Sequence record: SRR2962707_2795
Length of the DNA: 38,724 nt
Reading direction: 5' to 3' (one strand)
The notes beneath the pieces were generated by a model. That model worked only from the letters and a program-made list of their open reading frames with translations, made no database searches and was not told where the DNA came from. A program made the position numbers and the translations under genes. Below are positions 20,292-30,042 of the stretch, piece by piece (the stretch's first letter is position 1; the number at the start of each line of letters is the position of its first letter).

Positions 20292-20312
20292 AATTTAGAA
20301 TAATTCTAAATT
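20292..20312. promoter_or_regulatory. Iron control element (ICE, Irr box)
   Basis: AATTTAGAA-TAA-TTCTAAATT exactly matches TTTAGAA-N3-TTCTAAA and extends to a 9-bp inverted repeat. Confidence 0.8.
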
Positions 20313-20405
20313 TATTGTCGCACCCGACCCATTTTCGGTTGAAGCCGTTTCGGGCGCATATTAGCCAATGCTTCAGAGTAACTCCCCCAACTCGATGAGG
20401 ATTCG

Positions 20406-20954
20406 ATGAAAGCTGGTATTTCCCTTCCCAAAGTCACGTTTAAAACACGCGTACGCGACGAATCTGTCGGCGGTCCTAACCCTTTCCGTTGGCAGGACAT
20501 GACCACAGATGACTATTTCAAAGGTAAGCGGGTCATCCTGTTCTCGTTGCCAGGTGCGTTCACACCAACATGTTCGACGTATCAATTGCCTGGCTTTGAA
20601 AAGAACTTTGAAGCCTTCAAGGAGCAAGGCATCGATGCGATCTACTGCATGTCTGTCAATGACAGCTTTGTCATGAACAAATGGGCCGAATCACAAAGCC
20701 TAGAAAACGTATCTGTCATTCCCGATGGATCGGGCGAATTCACCCGCAAGGTTGGCATGCTGGTCGCGAAAGACAATCTTGGTTTTGGTCAGCGCAGCTG
20801 GCGTTATGCCGCGATCGTCAACGATGGCGTCATCGAAGCGTGGTTCGAAGAGCCCGGCTTGGAAGACAACTTCGGCGAAGATCCTTATGGCGAATCAAGC
20901 CCTGAGAACCTGCTGAAATATCTGGCAAATGTGTCAGAAACCGCTGCGGCCTAA
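20406..20954 (+). CDS. Peroxiredoxin (Prx5/type II family)
   Basis: FSLPGAFTPTCSTYQLP, SVNDSFVM, IPDGSGEFT, GFGQRSWRY. GAGGA RBS. Confidence 0.93.
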   Translation: MKAGISLPKVTFKTRVRDESVGGPNPFRWQDMTTDDYFKGKRVILFSLPGAFTPTCSTYQLPGFEKNFEAFKEQGIDAIYCMSVNDSFVMNKWAESQSLENVSVIPDGSGEFTRKVGMLVAKDNLGFGQRSWRYAAIVNDGVIEAWFEEPGLEDNFGEDPYGESSPENLLKYLANVSETAAA

Positions 20955-20976
20955 GTCTTAGAGCTTATTACCGTAC

Positions 20977-21007
20977 AAAAGGCCCGCGATTTTCCGCGGG
21001 CCTTTTT
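20977..21007. terminator. Bidirectional intrinsic terminator between the peroxiredoxin gene and gafA
   Basis: AAAAGGCCCGCG-attttc-CGCGGGCCTTTTT, between convergent genes. Confidence 0.88.
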
Positions 21008-21043
21008 GCTTTTAACGAAAGCTCATTGGAGTTGGCGATCGAG

Positions 21044-22147
21044 CTACCCGATCAACCCGCCTCCGGGTCCATGCAATTTTTCATAATGAACACGCAGTCT
21101 TTGTAATGCGATCCTAAGAACGATCTTGCCAGAGCGTGAAGACCACCCCATGCGTTTTTCGGTCTTCTCTAGTCCCTCTAGGTAGCAACAGCACTGCAAA
21201 GCAACGTCCCCCAGCCCGGCCCCCAATTCCTGAATGGCGGCCGACACACGTTCCCGTGCCGCCGTGGGGCCACCGCTGATTGGATCTTGTGTCGATTTTG
21301 AACCCGTGCTTGGTCCGGTCAGAAACCTGTCCCAGTTTTGGGTCGTGTTCCCTTCCATTTGGGACAGTTCAAAGTCCTCTCTCAACCGCTCGCCTGCGCT
21401 GACCAACTCAGGTGTTAAGAAAGGATTGCCATCCTTGTCACGGCGCCGCGCCAACGACAGCAAAGGGGACTCAGATATCGAGATGCGGCGTGGCCGTGGG
21501 GTAGATGAGGTCGCGCCAGTGAATTTCGCGGATGCCTCAGAAAACCCGGTTGCGGTGTTTTCCATTTTTGCCATCAAGCGACGCAGCTCTGTCCGGCCCT
21601 TCGTCGTGATGAGGTATCTTGAGACCCGCCCAGTTGCCCGGCATTCAATCATTTTCCGCAGCGCCATGGCCTGCGCCGTTGCAAGGCTGACAACGGCTGT
21701 GCGGGCTTGATCCCCGTTTCCGGTCTCTCTGATGACAACGGCTTTTTCCATCCCTTCAGCCACAGCCAAGACCGCACCAGTTTCGGCAAGTCGACGCAGA
21801 ATTCGACAGGCCTCTTTCTCAAATTCGCTGATGTCTCCGGTCAGGGACGGCATTGAAACGGTGTCAGGCATCGTGGCGAATTCCTTGTCTGTACGGTGAA
21901 TTTCAATCTGGGATTGTGTCGGCCCCAAGTCCTTGAGGGCGGCATCGACAAGGGGATCGTCGCGCCGGGCTTCCAGGCTGCGCACTTGGCGCAGGATTGT
22001 CGAAGCATGGCATCCGGCCATCCTTGCAAGCCGCCGGATTGAAACGCCGTATTCGGTATGCGCGATGTAAAACAAAACATTGTCAGGCACCCAGCGCGGG
22101 ACAGCACAAGCCGCGGAAGCTAACCCGGTAATTTGGATTGCAGACAT
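21044..22147 (-). CDS. gafA: GTA activation factor GafA (N-terminal HTH plus DUF6456/sigma region-4-like C-terminus)
   Basis: N-terminal HTH GVSIRRLARMAGCHASTILRQVR. C-terminal ESPLLSLARRRDKDG, AGERLREDFE, CCYLEGLE..EKRMGWSSRSGKIVLRIALQRL. AAGGAG RBS. Lies between lipA and guaA as known for R. capsulatus gafA. Confidence 0.82.
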   Translation of the reverse strand: MSAIQITGLASAACAVPRWVPDNVLFYIAHTEYGVSIRRLARMAGCHASTILRQVRSLEARRDDPLVDAALKDLGPTQSQIEIHRTDKEFATMPDTVSMPSLTGDISEFEKEACRILRRLAETGAVLAVAEGMEKAVVIRETGNGDQARTAVVSLATAQAMALRKMIECRATGRVSRYLITTKGRTELRRLMAKMENTATGFSEASAKFTGATSSTPRPRRISISESPLLSLARRRDKDGNPFLTPELVSAGERLREDFELSQMEGNTTQNWDRFLTGPSTGSKSTQDPISGGPTAARERVSAAIQELGAGLGDVALQCCCYLEGLEKTEKRMGWSSRSGKIVLRIALQRLRVHYEKLHGPGGGLIG

Positions 22148-22381
22148 TCATATGCTCCTTCAATTTCTGATGCACCCACAGGTTTTCCCCAGATTTATCC
22201 TCAGGCGGATACCACCTATGAGTGCATTCCTTTCACCAAGGTTAACAGGTGAAAGCCCGATTAAGGATCATTCCGATTTCGTAAACGGTGGTAAACCGAG
22301 CGTTCGCTTGGCTGAATGTCCACGCAACACCCCTATAGGTTGTGCAAACTGATGTCAGGAATCAGCAAAGGGATCACAGCC

Positions 22382-22666
22382 ATGCAAGACCTTTTAAGCC
22401 GCTTGTCCGAACTCAACAGACCCCGCCTGTTGGTGCGTGCCGCCAGGATCGGCGCCGACAATTATAAGCGCACACCGCACCTTCATCGACTTTTAGGCTA
22501 TATCAGCCCGCACCGGACGGGCCCGGCATTGGTACGCCTCATGGAAATGGAACGCGACTTGAACGATCAACGCAAAATGGCTGACGCGAGCTATTCGGTC
22601 AGCCATCATGTCGAGGTGCTTATGGCAATGATCGGAGAAGCCAGACTGCTGCAAAATACCAACTAG
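22382..22666 (+). CDS. GafB-like small protein (DUF6477 / rcc01866 homolog)
   Basis: MQDLLSRLSELNRPRLLVRAARIG...YSVSHHVEVLMAMIGEAR, divergent from gafA. Start set at ATG 22382. Confidence 0.75.
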   Translation: MQDLLSRLSELNRPRLLVRAARIGADNYKRTPHLHRLLGYISPHRTGPALVRLMEMERDLNDQRKMADASYSVSHHVEVLMAMIGEARLLQNTN

Positions 22667-22701
22667 TGGCTTACAGCCTCTGCCAATTCCCTCATCGGAA
22701 A

Positions 22702-24249
22702 TTACAGAAAGGCGTCTGGCATTGAGGCTTTCTTATCTGAGACGTATTTTGCCAATGCCTCAGCAATCGCCGGATCCATGGGCGGTTGCTGATAATCTGA
22801 AAGCATGCGCGCCACCCGTTCCGCAGCCAAGGTTTGGGTATCGCGCGCGCCTTCTTCGTCCCAAGTTTCGAATGGTTTGTAATCGAAGACATCGGTCCGC
22901 CAGAAGGCCGTCTTGAAATTGGCTTGCGTATGGGCACATCCAAGGAAGTGGCCGCCCGGGCCAACTTCGCGCAGGGCATCCATCGCTTGCTCTCCTTCGT
23001 CGACGGACACCCCTTTGGCCATTTTATGCAGCGTGCCCAATTGATCCGCGTCGATCACGAATTTCTCGAAAGACGCCACAAGCCCGCCTTCCAACCATCC
23101 GCAAGAATGCAACATGAAGTTCACGCCGCCCGTCATTGCGGCATTCAATGTATTTGCGGATTCATAGGCCGCCTGCGCATCAGGCAGTTTTGAGCCACAA
23201 AGCGCCCCGCCCGATCGGAAGGGCAAATTCAAACGCCGCGCCAATTGCCCGGCGCCTGCAAGAATTTGCGAGGCTTCCGGTGTGCCGAATGTCGGAGCCC
23301 CGCTGTTCATATCAATTGACGTGACAAACGCGCCAAAAATCACAGGCGCGCCCGGACGCACAAGTTGGCTATAGGCAATACCGGCAAGGACTTCGGCCAA
23401 GACCTGCGTGAGTGTGCCAGCTACAGACACAGGTGCCATAGCGCCGCCAACAATAAACGGAGAGACGATACACGCCTGATTGTTGGCGGCATAGACTTCC
23501 AAAGCCCCCATCATCACGTCGTCAAACGTCAAAGGCGAATTCACATTGATCAGCGAGGTCATGACTGTGTTGTTCTGGACAAATTCTTTGCCGAACAGAA
23601 TTTCACACATATCCACGCAATCCTGCGCGCGGCTTGGCTCTGTCACAGAGCCCATGAAAGGTTTGTCAGACAAGGTCATGTGCGCCAACAGCATGTCCAG
23701 ATGGCGTTTATTGACGGGCACGTCAGTGGGCTCGCACACTGTTCCGCCAGAATGGTGCAGCCACTTTGACATGTAGCCGAGTTTCACGAACTTCTGGAAA
23801 TCATCCATTGTCGCGTAACGACGGCCGCCTTCTGCATCGCGCACAAACGGCGGTCCATAGACTGGTGCGGTAACCAAAGTCTTGCCGCCGATTTCAACAT
23901 TACGCTCAGGGTTGCGCGCATGCTGTACAAAGGAACTGGGCGCTGTTTCGCAGAGCTTACGTGCCAAGCCCCGCGGAATACGGACGCGTTCGCCGTCAAT
24001 TTCAGCACCAGCGGCGCGCCAGCGCTCTAGCGCTGTGGGGTTGTTTGCGAAAACAACCCCAATTTCTTCCAATACCGTTTCGGCATTTGCCTCAATGATT
24101 TTGAGGGCCTCTTCTGTGAGAACCTCAAACAAGGGAATATTGCGTTCAATATACTTAGCGGTTTCAAAGCTCACCTGGGATCGCGCAGCCCGTCGCGCTG
24201 CGCCGCCACCGGCGCCCCGTGTACGTTTGCGAACTGTTGCCTCTACCAT
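22702..24249 (-). CDS. MttB superfamily methyltransferase, non-pyrrolysine (glycine-betaine methyltransferase-like)
   Basis: APVYGPPFV, SGGTVCEPTD, GAMAPVSVAG, SGAPTFGTPE, SKLPDAQAAYE, LHSCGWLEGGL. No in-frame amber codon. Start set at ATG 24249. Confidence 0.9.
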   Translation of the reverse strand: MVEATVRKRTRGAGGGAARRAARSQVSFETAKYIERNIPLFEVLTEEALKIIEANAETVLEEIGVVFANNPTALERWRAAGAEIDGERVRIPRGLARKLCETAPSSFVQHARNPERNVEIGGKTLVTAPVYGPPFVRDAEGGRRYATMDDFQKFVKLGYMSKWLHHSGGTVCEPTDVPVNKRHLDMLLAHMTLSDKPFMGSVTEPSRAQDCVDMCEILFGKEFVQNNTVMTSLINVNSPLTFDDVMMGALEVYAANNQACIVSPFIVGGAMAPVSVAGTLTQVLAEVLAGIAYSQLVRPGAPVIFGAFVTSIDMNSGAPTFGTPEASQILAGAGQLARRLNLPFRSGGALCGSKLPDAQAAYESANTLNAAMTGGVNFMLHSCGWLEGGLVASFEKFVIDADQLGTLHKMAKGVSVDEGEQAMDALREVGPGGHFLGCAHTQANFKTAFWRTDVFDYKPFETWDEEGARDTQTLAAERVARMLSDYQQPPMDPAIAEALAKYVSDKKASMPDAFL

Positions 24250-24426
24250 GATACGTCCTCGCCTTGTGCAGGGGGTTTCCCAATCTTCCCTATTCAATAC
24301 AGCACGACGCCAAGGCATTTCGCTAAGTTTGCGGCCTTTCCGGTTTAAAAGCGACATTGGGCCAAAGACTGGTTAAGCACACATCCGTGTTCAGACCCAA
24401 GCCCGCCCAGGGCAGCGCGACTTGGA

Positions 24427-25602
24427 CTAGTCGTTCAGGAAACGGTCCACTTCGGCCATCAAAACAGACCATGCAGGATCTTGTGGCAATGGCATATGAT
24501 TGGCACTGTTCAACCGAACAAGCCTTGCCCCCTTGATCCCTGCCGCCAGTTTCTGCCCTTCGGAAATGGGGTGAATGGAATCATCGATCGCATGCAACAC
24601 CAAGGTCGGTACATTGACCTTATCCAAGGTATCCTCGACCACAAACCGGTCAACCACGCGCCTTAGGGAAACAGCCGTTTCTGCATCCGCACTTTCAACT
24701 TGCATCAACACAAACTCAGCAATCTGATCCGGAGTCGCATCAGGCATAAAGATTGTGGAAAATGCCTTAAGGAAGGCACTGCCCGGTTGCCCCCACCCTG
24801 CCCGTACCATGGCTAAGGCCGTGTCTTCATCCATTTGACCGGCAAGCTGTCCTCGATATGCGCGCCCTTTGGTAAACCCGCCATACAGCACCATCCGATC
24901 GATGCGATCCGGGTATTTGGCGGCAAATTCAATCGCGACAGGTACGGCCAATGACGCGGCGAATATTGAGAATGTCTTTGCGCCACTGGCATCCGCGACA
25001 GCAAGAAGGTCATCGACAAATGCCGATAGCCCTTCGATTGGAGCATCTCGGGACGACAGACCTGTGCCACGAATATCATAGCGCACCAAACGGTGGTGCT
25101 GGCCCAAACGGTCAAGCATTGGCGCCCAGTAGGATGTTTTAGGATCTAGTTCGAGATGCGATAACCAGTGCCCAATGCGGATAAGGTTCGGGCCGGATCC
25201 CGACGCCGTCCAGGCAATGGCAGACCCATCTGCGGAGGATGCATATTGAATGTCACTTATGGGCAGTTCCGGCACACAAACCACCTCAGCCACGTCGGTT
25301 TCAACCTTGGCGATCATGCAAAATCCACGGCGCTGCACGGTACGAATCAAGCGTTGTTGCGCGCCACTATCCCCGATGGCCCCACGCGCCCGGCTGATCC
25401 GGGCACTGATCGTCGCATCCGAAATGGCCAACCCCTTCCAGACCACTTGAATCAATTCGTCTTTGGACACGGTCTCACCGGATCGGCTAGCCAGATAGAC
25501 AAGTAAGTCAAACACCTGAGGCTCAACATGCACCGGCGCACCGTCGCGGAACAATTCGTTTCGAACGGTATCCAAAACGCAAGTATCAAAGAGATATTTC
25601 AT
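24427..25602 (-). CDS. OmpR/CadC-type winged-helix domain fused to an alpha/beta hydrolase (one-component regulator)
   Basis: VEPQVFDLLVYL..VSKDELIQVVW..ISRARGAIGDSG..IRTVQRRGF, then HWLSHLE, RYDIRGTGLS, AASLA, DDSIHP, NHMP. Start set at ATG 25602. Confidence 0.88.
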   Translation of the reverse strand: MKYLFDTCVLDTVRNELFRDGAPVHVEPQVFDLLVYLASRSGETVSKDELIQVVWKGLAISDATISARISRARGAIGDSGAQQRLIRTVQRRGFCMIAKVETDVAEVVCVPELPISDIQYASSADGSAIAWTASGSGPNLIRIGHWLSHLELDPKTSYWAPMLDRLGQHHRLVRYDIRGTGLSSRDAPIEGLSAFVDDLLAVADASGAKTFSIFAASLAVPVAIEFAAKYPDRIDRMVLYGGFTKGRAYRGQLAGQMDEDTALAMVRAGWGQPGSAFLKAFSTIFMPDATPDQIAEFVLMQVESADAETAVSLRRVVDRFVVEDTLDKVNVPTLVLHAIDDSIHPISEGQKLAAGIKGARLVRLNSANHMPLPQDPAWSVLMAEVDRFLND

Positions 25603-25765
25603 ACGCCCATAAGGGGCCAAGCCCCCTCTGAAAAGCAAGCCCCAACGTATTGAATTTGCAATGACAAGGAAACCACAAAGGTTTCGCAAGCTTTTCTTCA
25701 AGCATGACTTGAGCGAAGACGGCAATCTGAGGTCAGACATTAACACATAATATAGCGAGGCCATT

Positions 25766-25942
25766 ATGACCCAAGATACCCCCATCCGCCTGCGCCCTGA
25801 CGGATCCATCGACACCGCTCATTACATTGCTTTGGGGCGTGTAACACGCAGCGAAACCGCGCATGGCCTCGCCAAAACGCTTCGTCCCGAAGCGCCAAGC
25901 TTTCTGACCCGATTATTTCGAGGTCGTCTTTCAGCGGCATAG
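25766..25942 (+). CDS. Small protein, 58 aa, absent from the ORF track
   Basis: Hand translation: [67 protein letters not shown] 5 nt upstream. Divergent from the wHTH-hydrolase gene. Confidence 0.65.
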   Translation: MTQDTPIRLRPDGSIDTAHYIALGRVTRSETAHGLAKTLRPEAPSFLTRLFRGRLSAA

Positions 25943-26064
25943 GTGCACAATATGCCTCTGATCTGGCCTCGCGAACCGAAAAAGCCCCGGCTTTCTGCGG
26001 TCCGCGAGGCCAGTCCTTTTCGGCAGGTCTTGCGCGAAACCTTGCAAGAAGATACTGGCACAAC

Positions 26065-27636
<1,572 letters not shown>

Positions 27637-27688
27637 TAGGAGCACGCGTCCCTGACCGGCCCCTATTTGACTGTTGAAGACATGAATT

Positions 27689-27726
27689 AAGGCAGCGGAT
27701 CACATATCGTGATTTGCTGCTTTTTT
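27689..27726 (+). terminator. Intrinsic terminator after guaA
   Basis: GGCAGCGGATCAC-atatc-GTGATTTGCTGC followed by TTTTTT (stem includes G-U pairs). Confidence 0.75.
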
Positions 27727-27760
27727 ATGGCGCCTACCAAACATCGACAGATGTATTGAT

Positions 27761-27788
27761 CTCTGCGCCTTCTGCCCAAGGCGCAGAG
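27761..27788. repeat. Perfect 11-bp inverted repeat
   Basis: CTCTGCGCCTT-ctgccc-AAGGCGCAGAG, with no U tract. Confidence 0.6.
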
Positions 27789-28126
27789 CTTAGCACCCTC
27801 GAATTTGCGGTCTGAACCCAAGATCACGGAAACGGGTCTTCGTTATTTCAGTACTAAACTTAAGCTCACAGGGTCTTCGCTCTTGCCCTCAACTGAAATT
27901 TCAGTCCATGTATAGAAAGTGATGAATAATTCGGCATGATTAAAAAGAGCTGAGCGTTGTAACTGGCTGACAAAGCAAGGGATAGCGTCAACAAACCTCT
28001 TTCGGTTTCGCCCAATGGTACTTGTCATAAAGCATTGAATTTTTAGTCGAAATCGAACCACCGAATGAATTATTCCGCCCTCTGCATATCCTGGTCCAAT
28101 GCGACTATCGAAGAAAGCCCCGCCAA

Positions 28127-28996
28127 ATGAGCGATACATTCAAAGCTGGAATTTGGATGATCGGGGCCGTTGTCAGCCTGTCGTCCATGGCCGTCGCGGG
28201 CCGCGCGATCAGTGTTGATCTGGATACGTTCGAACTCATGATGTACCGCAGCTTTATCGGCATCGGTATTGTCTTGGTTGTCGGTGGCTTGGCCGGAACA
28301 CTCGGTCAAATAAAGGTTCGGAATTTGGGCCTGCATGGCTTGCGCAATGCCTTTCACTTTTTTGGTCAAAACTTGTGGTTCTTTTCGATCACCGTGATGC
28401 CACTGGCTCAGGTCTTTGCGTTGGAATTCACAATGCCGCTTTGGATCATTGTGCTGTCCCCTATTGTTTTGGGCGAAGCGATAACCCGCCACCGCGCTAT
28501 TGCAGCGGCCATCGGGTTTATCGGTATCCTGGTTGTGACACGTCCTGTCCCTGACAGCTTTCATATTGGTATGGTAACGGCAGCTGCAGCGGCATTTGGA
28601 TTTGCCGGTTCTGCCGTCTTTACACGCCGTTTGACACGGACCGAGACCACAACCTGCATTCTGTTCTACCTGACGGTCATGCAGGGCATCTTTGGATTGG
28701 TCTGCGCCGGGTATGACGGAGATATCGCGTTGCCCCAAGCGGCCAGCGTGCCTTGGATCATTGTGATCGCCTTTGCTGGGCTGATCGCGCATTTTTGCCT
28801 GACTACGGCGCTTGGGATGGTCCCTGCCAGCGTGGCCATGCCAATAGACTTTATGCGCCTGCCCTTGATCGCGTTTGTCGGGTATTTCATGTACCAAGAG
28901 CCCTTGGATATTTACGTGGGCATCGGTGCAGTCATCATCTTTGCCGCGATTTACTATAACATCAGCAAAGAGACCCGCGTTATTGCCGTTCCTTGA
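28127..28996 (+). CDS. DMT/EamA family transporter
   Basis: About 10 TM helices, PLAQVFALEFTMPLW, LGEAIT, PIDFMRLP. Confidence 0.9.
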   Translation: MSDTFKAGIWMIGAVVSLSSMAVAGRAISVDLDTFELMMYRSFIGIGIVLVVGGLAGTLGQIKVRNLGLHGLRNAFHFFGQNLWFFSITVMPLAQVFALEFTMPLWIIVLSPIVLGEAITRHRAIAAAIGFIGILVVTRPVPDSFHIGMVTAAAAAFGFAGSAVFTRRLTRTETTTCILFYLTVMQGIFGLVCAGYDGDIALPQAASVPWIIVIAFAGLIAHFCLTTALGMVPASVAMPIDFMRLPLIAFVGYFMYQEPLDIYVGIGAVIIFAAIYYNISKETRVIAVP

Positions 28997-29079
28997 TCAC
29001 CGCGTTTTGGTGATTGACGACCTAATTTTCGCGCAAGTTTCGGATCGTTTACCCTTCGGTAGACGGCTAAGAGACCCCC

Positions 29080-29988
29080 ATGACACAGCAAACTCTATCC
29101 ACACGGGCTTGGTCCGAACTTTTCATGCTCGGCCTCATTTGGGGCGCGTCCTTTCTGTCAATTCGGATCGCGCTGAACGAAGTGGGCCCGATGACCGTCG
29201 TTCTACACCGGGTGTTTTGGGCCATGCTTTTGCTTTGGACCATCGCGATATTGCGCGGTGAAACCCTGCCACGTCGGGCGTCTTCGTGGGCGAGTTTTCT
29301 GGTGATGGGTTGTCTGAATAATGTCATCCCTTTTGGCCTTATGGCATGGGGGCAACTGCATATCTCAAGCGGGCTCACATCGATTTTCAACGCAACGACC
29401 GCGGTGTTCGGCGTCGCTTTGGCCGCAATGGTTTTTTCGGACGAGCGACTGACACTCAGAAAAGCCATGGGTGTTTTTCTTGGGTTTACTGGGGTCAGCG
29501 TGGCGATCGGCCTAGAGAACCTTACACAATTTAACATAACATCGACTGCGCAGCTTGCTGTTATTGCTGGGACATTTTCCTATGCCTGTGCAGGCGCCTG
29601 GGCGCGAAAGCGGCTTTCCGGGCACAGTCCCATTGTCTCGGCCGCAGGAATGGTAACCGGTGCGACCGTCGTCATGATCCCTCTGACGCTAATCACTGAA
29701 GGCGCTCCCAGCCTTTCCTTAACCATCAAGGCCTGGACGGCGATTGGCTATTTCTCGGTCATTGCAACCGCGCTGGCCTATCTGTTGTACTACAGAATTT
29801 TGGCTGTGGCAGGCAGCGGGAATCTGTTGCTGGTGACGTTGATCGTCCCTCCGATTGCGATTGTGCTGGGGGCGTCTGTCCTGCACGAAACGATCTCTGT
29901 CCAATCACTTGTTGGGTTTTGTATCATTGCCTTGGGCTTAATGGTCATCGACGGTAGAATTTTGGCCCGGCTTTTCCGCAATGTTTGA
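29080..29988 (+). CDS. DMT/EamA family transporter
   Basis: LGLIWGASF, NNVIPFGL, SGLTSIFNATT, TALAYLLYYRIL, about 10 TM helices. Confidence 0.9.
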   Translation: MTQQTLSTRAWSELFMLGLIWGASFLSIRIALNEVGPMTVVLHRVFWAMLLLWTIAILRGETLPRRASSWASFLVMGCLNNVIPFGLMAWGQLHISSGLTSIFNATTAVFGVALAAMVFSDERLTLRKAMGVFLGFTGVSVAIGLENLTQFNITSTAQLAVIAGTFSYACAGAWARKRLSGHSPIVSAAGMVTGATVVMIPLTLITEGAPSLSLTIKAWTAIGYFSVIATALAYLLYYRILAVAGSGNLLLVTLIVPPIAIVLGASVLHETISVQSLVGFCIIALGLMVIDGRILARLFRNV

Positions 29989-30042
29989 CGAATGGCCTAC
30001 GCTCACTTACCACGCAGGACGTAAGTAAGCTGGAACCAAAAC

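Noticed and set aside
25613..25625. GGGGC-caa-GCCCC hairpin as a third copy of the dispersed repeat
   Set aside because: It matches only the terminal hairpin. The TTCATCTT..AAATAC head is absent on both strands.
25603..25815. 71-aa N-terminal extension of the wHTH-hydrolase ORF
   Set aside because: The domain begins at MKYLF (25602), and the extension would cover the divergent promoter and the small plus-strand ORF.
27843..28139. 98-aa minus-strand ORF after guaA
   Set aside because: No recognisable motif, it overlaps the DMT start, and there is no clear RBS. At most a remnant.
29989..30042. Hairpin ACTTAC..GTAAGT before the P-loop/metA run as a SAM riboswitch
   Set aside because: The spacer is only 54 nt and I could not match SAM-II, SAM-V or SAM-SAH consensus elements.
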